Shown: in pieces, positions 8,147 to 15,925 of the stretch | Layout of the letters: each line of letters opens with the position of its first letter | Position numbering within the stretch: position 1 is the stretch's first letter | IMG/VR virus record: IMGVR_UViG_3300020045_005861 | Coordinates: 1-24,334 of that record | Reading direction: 5' to 3' (one strand) | DNA from: a virus | Lineage: Duplodnaviria > Caudoviricetes | Length of the DNA: 24,334 bases | The notes under the pieces: generated by a model | Database searches by the model: none | What the model saw: the letters and a program-made list of their open reading frames with translations, nothing else | What the model was told of the DNA's origin: nothing | Translations under genes and position numbers: made by a program

Positions 8147-9363
8147 CAGTATGCAGACCCCAGGCTGACACGCCGCCAGTTAGTTCCGGAGATGGTGTTG
8201 GCTGCCACGCAGTAGTACAGGTACGTGGAATCTGCCGCCAGTTCAAGGGCTGTTCCAACCGTGCCGTCAATGCCGCCATCGAGCTGCCCCCCAGTCACGC
8301 CAGACACAGCCGTGCCGGTTGCCGACTCGGAAAGGGCAATGCTTCCATTCCCAATCACGCCTTTGGTTGCGGCAGTCACTGTGACGGCTCCAGACGAATT
8401 GACAGCGGTGACTCCAGCGGTGTCGTCTGCGGTGATAGCCGTTACCAGATTATCCCCCTGCGTGGTGTTGTTCGCGCTGACAGTAACCTCAAACGCTACT
8501 GACCGGGTGGTGACGAACGTGTAAACATCCGTCCCAATCGTGACGGTTTCTTCGACCTCATCCACACCATTCGCCAGCGTACCGGCACCGCTTACCGCAA
8601 CACCTGTTGCCACTTCGGACAGCACAATACTATTGCCAGCCGTTCCTGCGGCCACCGATGTGATGGTGGCAACTCCGTCCACATTCGCCGCCGTGACCGT
8701 GGCCAGATCGGCGGTAATTGCCGTGACGATGTTCGCGGCCTGGGTGGTGTTGTTGGCGTCGATGGTAATTTCACCAGCAATAGCTCTTGTTGCCTTAAAC
8801 GTAAACACCTGGGCATCAACAGTGAGGGTTTCGTCGGCAATCGGCGTCCCTGTGACTGTAATCGTACCGGTTGCAAACACGTTGGCCACATAAACCAATG
8901 GCGTGCCGGTGAAGGTCACAACGCCATTGGCCGCCACCGCATTAACCGGGGTCTTGGTTGGTAGTTTCAGGATGGTTGGGGTCAGGTCGTCAAACGTACC
9001 CGATCCGCCATCTAGCGTTGGGATTGTGGTCGTCCCTGTAAATGTCGGGCTTGCCAGTGGAGCCTTATCCGCCAACAGTGCAGCCACTTCATCATCAAAC
9101 GATACATCTGCCGGATTAGGTATAGCCAGCGCGCCCGCCACCGATCCAACAGTACAACGAATTTCAAATCGTTCAGGCTGTGCATAAGCCCCAAACGTCA
9201 AAGTCGCTCCGGCAATTTGGGTAACGCTTTGCGCATCGCCACCGCCCGGAGTTGTCGGCAATCGAACCACCGACCCGGTAGCATCTGCCGAAACGGTCAG
9301 CGTTAATTGCTGGCCCGTCGGAAGCCCGATAGTGGTCCTGCCGCCTGCTGCTAATGTTTCCAT
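8146..9363 (-). CDS. Putative head fibre / decoration protein
   Basis: 405 aa, T/A/G/V-rich and beta-like, directly after the coat gene. It has the fibre motif KAPLASPTFTGT and a C-terminal DSTYLYYCVAAN..WRRVSL. Confidence 0.65.
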   Translation of the reverse strand: METLAAGGRTTIGLPTGQQLTLTVSADATGSVVRLPTTPGGGDAQSVTQIAGATLTFGAYAQPERFEIRCTVGSVAGALAIPNPADVSFDDEVAALLADKAPLASPTFTGTTTIPTLDGGSGTFDDLTPTILKLPTKTPVNAVAANGVVTFTGTPLVYVANVFATGTITVTGTPIADETLTVDAQVFTFKATRAIAGEITIDANNTTQAANIVTAITADLATVTAANVDGVATITSVAAGTAGNSIVLSEVATGVAVSGAGTLANGVDEVEETVTIGTDVYTFVTTRSVAFEVTVSANNTTQGDNLVTAITADDTAGVTAVNSSGAVTVTAATKGVIGNGSIALSESATGTAVSGVTGGQLDGGIDGTVGTALELAADSTYLYYCVAANTISGTNWRRVSLGSAY

Positions 9364-9375
9364 CGATCAAGCCTC

Positions 9376-9398
9376 AAAATAAAAGGGCGTCCATGCCC
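9376..9398 (-). terminator. Weak intrinsic terminator / regulatory hairpin after the coat gene
   Basis: GGGC-ATGGAC-GCCC followed by TTTTATTTT. The stem is only 4 bp. Confidence 0.45.
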
Positions 9399-9406
9399 GG
9401 TGTGGA

Positions 9407-10564
9407 TTAACCCAACAGAACAGCGCAATGCTCGGGCTTGATCATCTTGACGCCCCAGCAGCAGCTCACCTCGTACTGCATCTGGCGATACTGCGGGTAC
9501 ATGGCGATTTCAAATGCCAACCCAGAGCGAGGATCGACCAGAATCTCCCGGTCCGTCGCCATATCGCCAGCTTCCGGCAGGGCAGGGACGCGGGTTGCCA
9601 GCACAATCGCATTGCGGCTAAATGCCATGTTACGGGCCGCAGCAGCCACGACAGTGATGGCCTTTGTAGCCGCAGACATCGCGACTCTCAGGCCGGGGGC
9701 AGCGATAACGATAGTACCACCGCCAGACACGTCGGCATCACCTGTCACCACTAGGTACTTGTTTGAGTCGCCCGCGAACGTCACAACGTCACCGGCGATG
9801 ATCGTACCCGTACCAGCGGAGGCCAGGGTCAGGGTGGTAGCCCCTACTGCATAGCCCGCGTTGTTGGTAGTCGCGCTGGCACCAGTACCGACAGTAACGG
9901 CCTGCTTGACCTGGGCCGACTCACGAACTGCGAAGCCGTGCAGGTCCAGCAACACGCCTTGCCGCAGCAAAGTAGCGTCGTTGGCCTCGTTGGCCTTGGT
10001 CAGCTGCGCCAGGGTCCGCATTGCTGCGCCCGCTGAGGTGTCGATGATCAAATGACGGTCGGACAATGGCGCTCCGTTGTCATCGAGGATTTTCCGCACC
10101 TGCGCAGGATCGGCGAGGGTGGAGGCAAACGGCGTGGTTGCGGCAGTACCATACGCCCGAGAGGCGTAGATATGCAGCGCAGCCAGGTCGGTTTCAACCT
10201 CGTTTGCCAGTGTGCGGAACGCCTGCGCGAACTGGTCACGCATGACGTTCATCGTACCGGCCCCGCCGTTGTTCAGCGACAGGCTTTGCTCACCGTTCCA
10301 GCGCACAGGTACACGCCGGGACTTGGTGATGGTCAGACTCACGTTGCCGATGGTCTGATCGCCGTCATCGGGCGGTGTAACGCCGGGGGTGATGTCGCCG
10401 GCAGTCGAAGCCGGGGTGACGAAGGACCGAACAGTCTGGTTGACCGCAGCGCGCTCGGTGGTGGAATCCCGTGCAACTGCGGGGATGAACCCGACAAGCT
10501 CCCGGCTGACAACATCCAGCGCGGAATACATTTCGGGGAAAAGGTTGGTAATGGTGTTAGCCAT
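9407..10564 (-). CDS. Major capsid protein (P22 coat family)
   Basis: 385 aa. Contains ALDVVSRELVGFIPAV, LRQGVLLDLHGFAVRES, an insertion domain (IIAGDVVTFAG) and DPRSGLAFEIAMY..WGVK. A GAGG RBS precedes it. Confidence 0.93.
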   Translation of the reverse strand: MANTITNLFPEMYSALDVVSRELVGFIPAVARDSTTERAAVNQTVRSFVTPASTAGDITPGVTPPDDGDQTIGNVSLTITKSRRVPVRWNGEQSLSLNNGGAGTMNVMRDQFAQAFRTLANEVETDLAALHIYASRAYGTAATTPFASTLADPAQVRKILDDNGAPLSDRHLIIDTSAGAAMRTLAQLTKANEANDATLLRQGVLLDLHGFAVRESAQVKQAVTVGTGASATTNNAGYAVGATTLTLASAGTGTIIAGDVVTFAGDSNKYLVVTGDADVSGGGTIVIAAPGLRVAMSAATKAITVVAAAARNMAFSRNAIVLATRVPALPEAGDMATDREILVDPRSGLAFEIAMYPQYRQMQYEVSCCWGVKMIKPEHCAVLLG

Positions 10565-10584
10565 GGTAGTGCCTCAAAAGTTGA

Positions 10585-11292
10585 TTAATCGGTGATTGTC
10601 CCGCCACCCTTGAAGTGATCAGATCGCGCCTCGGGAGACATCCCACTGAACTGAGTCCGGGTGATGGTTTTCGCTTTTGCAGCCCCGCCGCCATTGCTAC
10701 CGTTGGCCCCGCCGCCAGTAGCTTTACTGCCAACGATCACCGGCGCAAATGCCGGATTGCTGGCGAATTCGTTTTTCAGATCGTCCAAAGTAGACGCGGA
10801 AGGTTTCCCAGCCGCATCTCGGACCACTGTTACAAAATGTCCATCCCGCTGTTCGGCAGCCAGTCGGCTCTTGATGTGTGGTATCAGCAAATCAGCACTT
10901 CCCTGAACGGCCATCTCGTTGGCGAGTCTCACCGCCACGTTATCCACCGTCATGGTTGTAACTGCTGATTGCATGTTGTTGATTTCGATGTTCAGCGCAG
11001 CTTCGCGGGCGTCGTACTTTGCCTGCCAGCTTTTCTCCAGAGCCTCGACATCGCCGCTTTTCTTCGCGGCCCCAAGCCTTGCGGCTTCGGCTGCTTCTTC
11101 GGCCTCCTTGGCCTTTTTGCTCTCGGCCTTTTTCTCGGCCAGCAGTTGATCGACCTTGGCTTTTAGGCCGGACACATCCTCGCCCGATGGCATCCCCTGG
11201 ATGTCGAGATAGAATTTGCCGTCCTTTTCTTTGTAGAGTTTCTTGGTGCTGTCGTCCAGATCGTCGATTGAATCAAGTTGATATTTTAGCAT
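10585..11292 (-). CDS. Capsid scaffolding protein
   Basis: Contains the charged coiled coil GLKAKVDQLLAEKK, KSGDVEALEKSW, LLIPHIKSRL and a Gly-rich GSKATGGGA linker. It lies just before the coat gene. Confidence 0.88.
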   Translation of the reverse strand: MLKYQLDSIDDLDDSTKKLYKEKDGKFYLDIQGMPSGEDVSGLKAKVDQLLAEKKAESKKAKEAEEAAEAARLGAAKKSGDVEALEKSWQAKYDAREAALNIEINNMQSAVTTMTVDNVAVRLANEMAVQGSADLLIPHIKSRLAAEQRDGHFVTVVRDAAGKPSASTLDDLKNEFASNPAFAPVIVGSKATGGGANGSNGGGAAKAKTITRTQFSGMSPEARSDHFKGGGTITD

Positions 11293-11295
11293 GTT

Positions 11296-11346
11296 GACTC
11301 CCTGAGTCGGTTTGCTGGCCCAGCCAGCGGCAATAGGCTTTCGCCC
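11296..11346 (-). promoter_or_regulatory. Tandem hairpins over the scaffold RBS (putative translational operator)
   Basis: GGGC-GAAA-GCCT, then GCTGGC-TGG-GCCAGC AAAC C GACTC-AGG-GAGTC AAC ATG. The last stem buries the AGGGAG SD. Confidence 0.6.
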
Positions 11347-11348
11347 GG

Positions 11349-12407
11349 TTAAATTCCTGCTTTCTCGAACGCCAGCGGTTCAAGCCGGCGCATTTCTGGT
11401 AGCGTGAGTGGCTGAAAATTCTTGCCAATGTTTAATTCTGCAAACCGTTCAGCAGTCAGCCCACCATTCCGCAGCAGCTTGCCGCGAACAGGCCCGACTG
11501 CCGCATCCTGGAAGCCTGCCGGCTGTTGTTTCAGCCAGCCGTAGTAAGTCTGCTCTGCCGGGACATAACCGCCCATGCTGGCCCTGGTTGCGCCCTCATC
11601 GAGAAAATCAAATCGCCCGTCTAACACCGCGACCGTGGTACTCCTACAATTCGGATGTATTGGCGGGCGCGGGCCTGAGTCAACCGGAAACACCTGACCG
11701 TCCAAAGACTGACACTGGGCCGATGTGCGCCCGTCCAGGGTCGATACCCACTGGACCCCGGTGATTACATTGCTGTTCTGGTTCCATGTCTCCTGACGCG
11801 CCACAGAGGCCGCATGCTGCACTGCCGTCCTGACTACGGTCGAGGCGTTGCGGTTGCTGATTTCTAGCAGCCCGTCCCGGTATTTGTTGGCTTTCGTGCC
11901 GCGCACCGTCTGCAATATTTTGCTGGTGGTCTGGCCCTCGAAAAACCCCTGCCGAATGGCCCCGGAAACCCGCTTGACCTCGACCGCCGACCAGTCTTTG
12001 ACGAATGGCTCCAGCAGCTTGCCACCAGATGGACCACGAACCGATAAAGGCGCAGTGAATATTGCCGCCCGCACCTGGTTGTGCGATGGTATGACCGCCT
12101 CGAACCCGGCGAGAACCTTGTCCATGGACCTGGCCTCGAACCCGGCCTCATAATCGGCAATCTCGATCAGCCTGCCGCTCAGCTCATCCCAATGCCGGGC
12201 ATAAATCGCATTCAGGTCGGACTCGACCACCGTCAACAACCGTTCCAACCGATCCCGGCTAAACTCCGTCATCACTCCCGACAATCTCAGCCGGATAGAC
12301 CGATCGACCTCCAAAAGAAACGCGGCAAACTGGTTGGCCTCGCCGGTCTTGACCCGCTCAAGCATGACCTGGTGCCGGGTGGTCTGCTCAACCAATTTCG
12401 ATTGCAT
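11349..12407 (-). CDS. Minor head protein (SPP1 gp7 / Mu gpF family)
   Basis: Contains VVRTAVQH, WVSTLDGRTSAQCQSLDG and PPIHPNCRS. Confidence 0.92.
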   Translation of the reverse strand: MQSKLVEQTTRHQVMLERVKTGEANQFAAFLLEVDRSIRLRLSGVMTEFSRDRLERLLTVVESDLNAIYARHWDELSGRLIEIADYEAGFEARSMDKVLAGFEAVIPSHNQVRAAIFTAPLSVRGPSGGKLLEPFVKDWSAVEVKRVSGAIRQGFFEGQTTSKILQTVRGTKANKYRDGLLEISNRNASTVVRTAVQHAASVARQETWNQNSNVITGVQWVSTLDGRTSAQCQSLDGQVFPVDSGPRPPIHPNCRSTTVAVLDGRFDFLDEGATRASMGGYVPAEQTYYGWLKQQPAGFQDAAVGPVRGKLLRNGGLTAERFAELNIGKNFQPLTLPEMRRLEPLAFEKAGI

Positions 12408-13818
12408 CTAACCCAAGCCCAGCCGTTTGGGATTCAACTTCTTCCCGGATTTCTTCGTCCGTTTTCTCGCCGTCGATTACCCCGTATTTCCTGAGTTGTC
12501 CCCACAGATCCGAGCTTGGTAATTGCCCTGACTGCCACGCACCGATCAAGGCAACGAGCATTTGGGGGTCGAGCCGGTGTTCGGTAAAGTCTTGATTGAT
12601 GCTGTATTCAATCTCCCCGGTCACGTTCATAAACCGGGCCGCCCATCCAAGCGCTTTGGTGTACGCCTCAGACACGTTGGCGCAAGCGAGGGACAGGACG
12701 GAATGATTGGCCTCCTGCTCGCCTTGTGATTCTGTTGCAGTTTTGACCGCCGTCCCCGGCTGGATTAGTCTGGCCCCGAGCGCAATCATCTGCTGCTCTT
12801 TCTGATCCATGGCTTCCTTTGCCAAGGTGTTCGGTTGCGCCTGGGCAATACCAAACTGCCCGCCCTCGGGCAAAAGGATTGGCGAGCGTGACCCGATGTA
12901 AATTCCTGTTTTCTCCAGGTGGTCGCGCCAGGATTCCGACAGCCCCGACATCCAGGGTTGGGCCTGCCCTACAAAAAACGCCGAGTCTTCGTAATCCGCT
13001 GAATTTCGGTAATGGGCGATGTTGATCTCGGCCATGTCATACATCGGTGACGGATCAACTGTGTGGTCGTTGTTGCTGGCCCCTACAAATGTTGCGGGAA
13101 TTTCGTCCCATGCCCGGCCCGCTCCATCGGTGATAATCCACGGGGCTTGATATAGCGCCCATTTATCACCGTCCCTGCGCCATATTTCCTGCGTGTAATT
13201 TCCGCCGTCATGCCGGAGTACACGGTATTGCGGGATGTGATCGACACCGAAACCGTCCGGCGTTACCTCTTCCGCCGTTTCGTCCAGCACCAGCAGGGTC
13301 AGCATATGCTTTGCCCCGACCTTGGTAGTGCGCCAGTTGATGACCTGCTGGGCCCGATACGGAACCACCGTCGAGCGGACGGTGCCTGAACTCATCTGTG
13401 CCCGTGACGTTTGTTCCGTGACCATCGGATAGTCGGCCAGCAGCAAATGCCGCCCCATGCCCAGCACAGCCTTGAGCGTTGCTTGGGACTGCTGATAAAC
13501 ACTGACCCCGGCCCCGTCGATGTCATCCGTCACATAATCCAGCGCCTTCGGAACTGCGATTGCTGGATCTTTCCGAAATGCCGCGCCTATCAGGCCCTGC
13601 AATGTCCGCCCGGTGGCGTTGTAAAACACCGCCCGCGCTAAATATTGCTTATATCTGATCGTGTTCTCGGGGCTTTTGTCGGACGGGTTTGGCTGGGGAA
13701 GATAGATAATGCCCTTTTCTTTGATCGCCTGTTGCCCGCAGCACACGTCACAGACCAGCGACCACGCATAGAGCGAGTTTTTATATTCCTCGCGCTGGAA
13801 TGTAACGTCATTTGCCAT
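12388..13818 (-). CDS. Portal protein (DUF4055 type)
   Basis: 476 aa after TerL. Contains YLARAVFYNATGRT, INWRT, NIAHYRNSADYE and MIALGARLI. Confidence 0.92.
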   Translation of the reverse strand: MANDVTFQREEYKNSLYAWSLVCDVCCGQQAIKEKGIIYLPQPNPSDKSPENTIRYKQYLARAVFYNATGRTLQGLIGAAFRKDPAIAVPKALDYVTDDIDGAGVSVYQQSQATLKAVLGMGRHLLLADYPMVTEQTSRAQMSSGTVRSTVVPYRAQQVINWRTTKVGAKHMLTLLVLDETAEEVTPDGFGVDHIPQYRVLRHDGGNYTQEIWRRDGDKWALYQAPWIITDGAGRAWDEIPATFVGASNNDHTVDPSPMYDMAEINIAHYRNSADYEDSAFFVGQAQPWMSGLSESWRDHLEKTGIYIGSRSPILLPEGGQFGIAQAQPNTLAKEAMDQKEQQMIALGARLIQPGTAVKTATESQGEQEANHSVLSLACANVSEAYTKALGWAARFMNVTGEIEYSINQDFTEHRLDPQMLVALIGAWQSGQLPSSDLWGQLRKYGVIDGEKTDEEIREEVESQTAGLGLDAIEIG

Positions 13819-15050
13819 CAGGTTGCCATTTTCATGTTGATTGTCATTGCCGGTTTAATAATCGGGTATTCGCTATGTATGAAATAGCCGCCGCCGTCCG
13901 GCAAGTGGTCCAAGCCCTGCGTTTTATCCGGGTCGCCGTTCTTGTTGTATGCCTGCTGTTCAAGACACCGAACATAGTTCGGGCACCGGTCAACATTGAC
14001 TTTGTAGCCGTGGCGGAATGCCGCATTCATGGCGTTGATTCTGTCCCGGATCGGCGGGTTTTTGTTCGGCGCGAACACCGAAAATCCCGCATCCCGCAAC
14101 ACCTTTAAATCTGTCAACCCAGCGTCGTTCGATTTTCGACTGCCGCCCGAACTGTCCGGGTAGACGTTGATCGAATGGCCCGCGTATCTGGTCTTAATCA
14201 CCCCGCACATATCCGGTGTGTCATATGCTTTCGTTATCTCGGCCACCGCCACCGGCTTGCCGTCCCGCTTAACATGGACCACCGCCGACATTTCGCCCAC
14301 GTTGAAATCCATCCCGACGAACAGCGGCTCTCCCGGCTTTTCGACCTCGTGCGTGTTGCACAACTTCCGGTCGAACCCGATATAAACCGTCCCCGTTGTC
14401 AGGTTGACGAACAACCCTTCGAGGTACGCATCCAAAAGATGTTCAGGGTAAATGTCCCGAAGCGACTGAATGTAATCGCTTGGCAGATGCGGATTGCTCG
14501 ATGTTGGAGCCCGGATCAGATCGTACCCTGGGAGTTTTTTTTCCTCCCATGTCTCATAGACAAATCGGAACCCTTCCGGGGTCGTTGCAACCGCTGCCGT
14601 ATTGGGTGCGCCTTCCGGCTTTTTCTGTCGGTTGCGAGAAAGCACCCTGCGCCACACATCCGCCGCGTCATCTCTTTTAAGCGTGTCCAGCTCATCAACG
14701 TCCGAGTCTCCAACCTCGTATCCGATGATTCTTCCGGGTGTGTCCATGGATCGGAAGATAATCCGCCCACACCCCTGAATATCCAGCACGTTGTGCGGGT
14801 GTTTTGTCAGCCGGTACGGAACGCCCAGGCTGGACAGCATTTCCTCGAATCGCGGCCATGCGATCATTCGGATCAGGTCATAAGTCGGCTCGTAAAACGC
14901 CCGGTCTGTTGTGGGCGTTTTGATCTTGCCAAGGATCGCCCGGACGATTAAAGCCTCCGTCTTGCCGCTACCAAACCCGCCAACGAACGCGGGATATTTT
15001 GCCTCGCTGAATATGAACCTGTCCTGCTGGACAGTGGGATTAATCTCCAT
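13818..15050 (-). CDS. terL: Terminase large subunit
   Basis: Walker A GGFGSGKT, Walker B SDVDE, TTPEG coupling motif, and nuclease motifs VGMDFN and DHLPD. Confidence 0.96.
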   Translation of the reverse strand: MEINPTVQQDRFIFSEAKYPAFVGGFGSGKTEALIVRAILGKIKTPTTDRAFYEPTYDLIRMIAWPRFEEMLSSLGVPYRLTKHPHNVLDIQGCGRIIFRSMDTPGRIIGYEVGDSDVDELDTLKRDDAADVWRRVLSRNRQKKPEGAPNTAAVATTPEGFRFVYETWEEKKLPGYDLIRAPTSSNPHLPSDYIQSLRDIYPEHLLDAYLEGLFVNLTTGTVYIGFDRKLCNTHEVEKPGEPLFVGMDFNVGEMSAVVHVKRDGKPVAVAEITKAYDTPDMCGVIKTRYAGHSINVYPDSSGGSRKSNDAGLTDLKVLRDAGFSVFAPNKNPPIRDRINAMNAAFRHGYKVNVDRCPNYVRCLEQQAYNKNGDPDKTQGLDHLPDGGGYFIHSEYPIIKPAMTINMKMAT

Positions 15051-15552
15051 TCGGTCGATTGATGACTAGCGTTATCGCTCCGGGCGGAATTATCAGATCG
15101 TCTTTGAAAGCCCCCACGTTAATGTGCCGGCCAATCAGTTCCAGTCGTCTCGTTCTGTCCGACAGCTTGACCTTAACTACGGATGATGTGGGCCTTCCCT
15201 CCGTGGGTTGCATTTGCATCACATCCACACCGGCAACAAGCCCTTTGCGCCAGATTATCGGCCACTCTCGGACAGGCTTTAGTGACCCGTCATCGCTGTA
15301 CAGGTCTGCCATGTCTGCGTCGGCCTCTTCCGCCAGTCGTTTTAGCAGCCAGTCGGCATCGATCCCCGTCCTATCTGACCGGCTTGCTTTGGCTTTTGTG
15401 ATGGCTTCGGCTATTTGCGGTTTTCTAAGGTTTTCCGCGCCCACGGACGCAGCGGTTTTAACGCTGTACCCAGCCCTGATTGCCGCTTGTGTTGCATTCA
15501 AGTCGAGCAGGTATTCGTCGATAAACCGTTGCTGCTTTGGTCTCAGCTTCAT
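15040..15552 (-). CDS. terS: Terminase small subunit
   Basis: KQQRFIDEYLLDLNATQAAIRAGYS..TA...GAENLRKP is the Terminase_2-type signature. Confidence 0.95.
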   Translation of the reverse strand: MKLRPKQQRFIDEYLLDLNATQAAIRAGYSVKTAASVGAENLRKPQIAEAITKAKASRSDRTGIDADWLLKRLAEEADADMADLYSDDGSLKPVREWPIIWRKGLVAGVDVMQMQPTEGRPTSSVVKVKLSDRTRRLELIGRHINVGAFKDDLIIPPGAITLVINRPNGD

Positions 15553-15555
15553 ATC

Positions 15556-15588
15556 GGCCCCCGGCCTTTATGTTTGCGGCCCTGCCGC
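15556..15588 (-). promoter_or_regulatory. Tandem hairpins over the terS RBS (putative translational operator)
   Basis: GCGGC-AGG-GCCGC AAAC ATAAA GGCC-GGG-GGCC GAT ATG, the same architecture as upstream of the scaffold gene. Confidence 0.55.
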
Positions 15589-15591
15589 GAG

Positions 15592-15873
15592 TTAGGATAG
15601 CGAGTAGGTGAGCGATGGTGTACCGCCACCCGTTACGGTCAGGCAGTACGTTGCATTCGGCCCCAGGCGCCAAGCATCCCCGAAATTGGCGGTATAGGCC
15701 GCGCCGGTTACGGCCCGCCATGTTCCGTCGGGCTGGTGTAATTTAATTGTAACCGTTGCGGTACTCCATGTTCCGGCGACATCGATAGAGGCCTCGACCT
15801 CATCTTTGCCCTGTACGGTCCAGACAATAACACCGTCTGCGACATCACCCGTGATTGTGCCTTGCTTGATCAT
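15592..15873 (-). CDS. Small all-beta virion-type protein (possible spike base / cement)
   Basis: 93 aa with GTWSTATVTIKL..DGTW and GGGTPSLT; an AGGT RBS precedes it. The function is inferred. Confidence 0.6.
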   Translation of the reverse strand: MIKQGTITGDVADGVIVWTVQGKDEVEASIDVAGTWSTATVTIKLHQPDGTWRAVTGAAYTANFGDAWRLGPNATYCLTVTGGGTPSLTYSLS

Positions 15874-15925
15874 TTTGACACCTACGATTTCGGTCTTGTT
15901 TTAAGCCACGCAATCAGCTCGTTGG

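Noticed and set aside
15040-15600. pac/cos packaging site near terS
   Set aside because: One is expected by analogy, but no sequence feature lets me place it.
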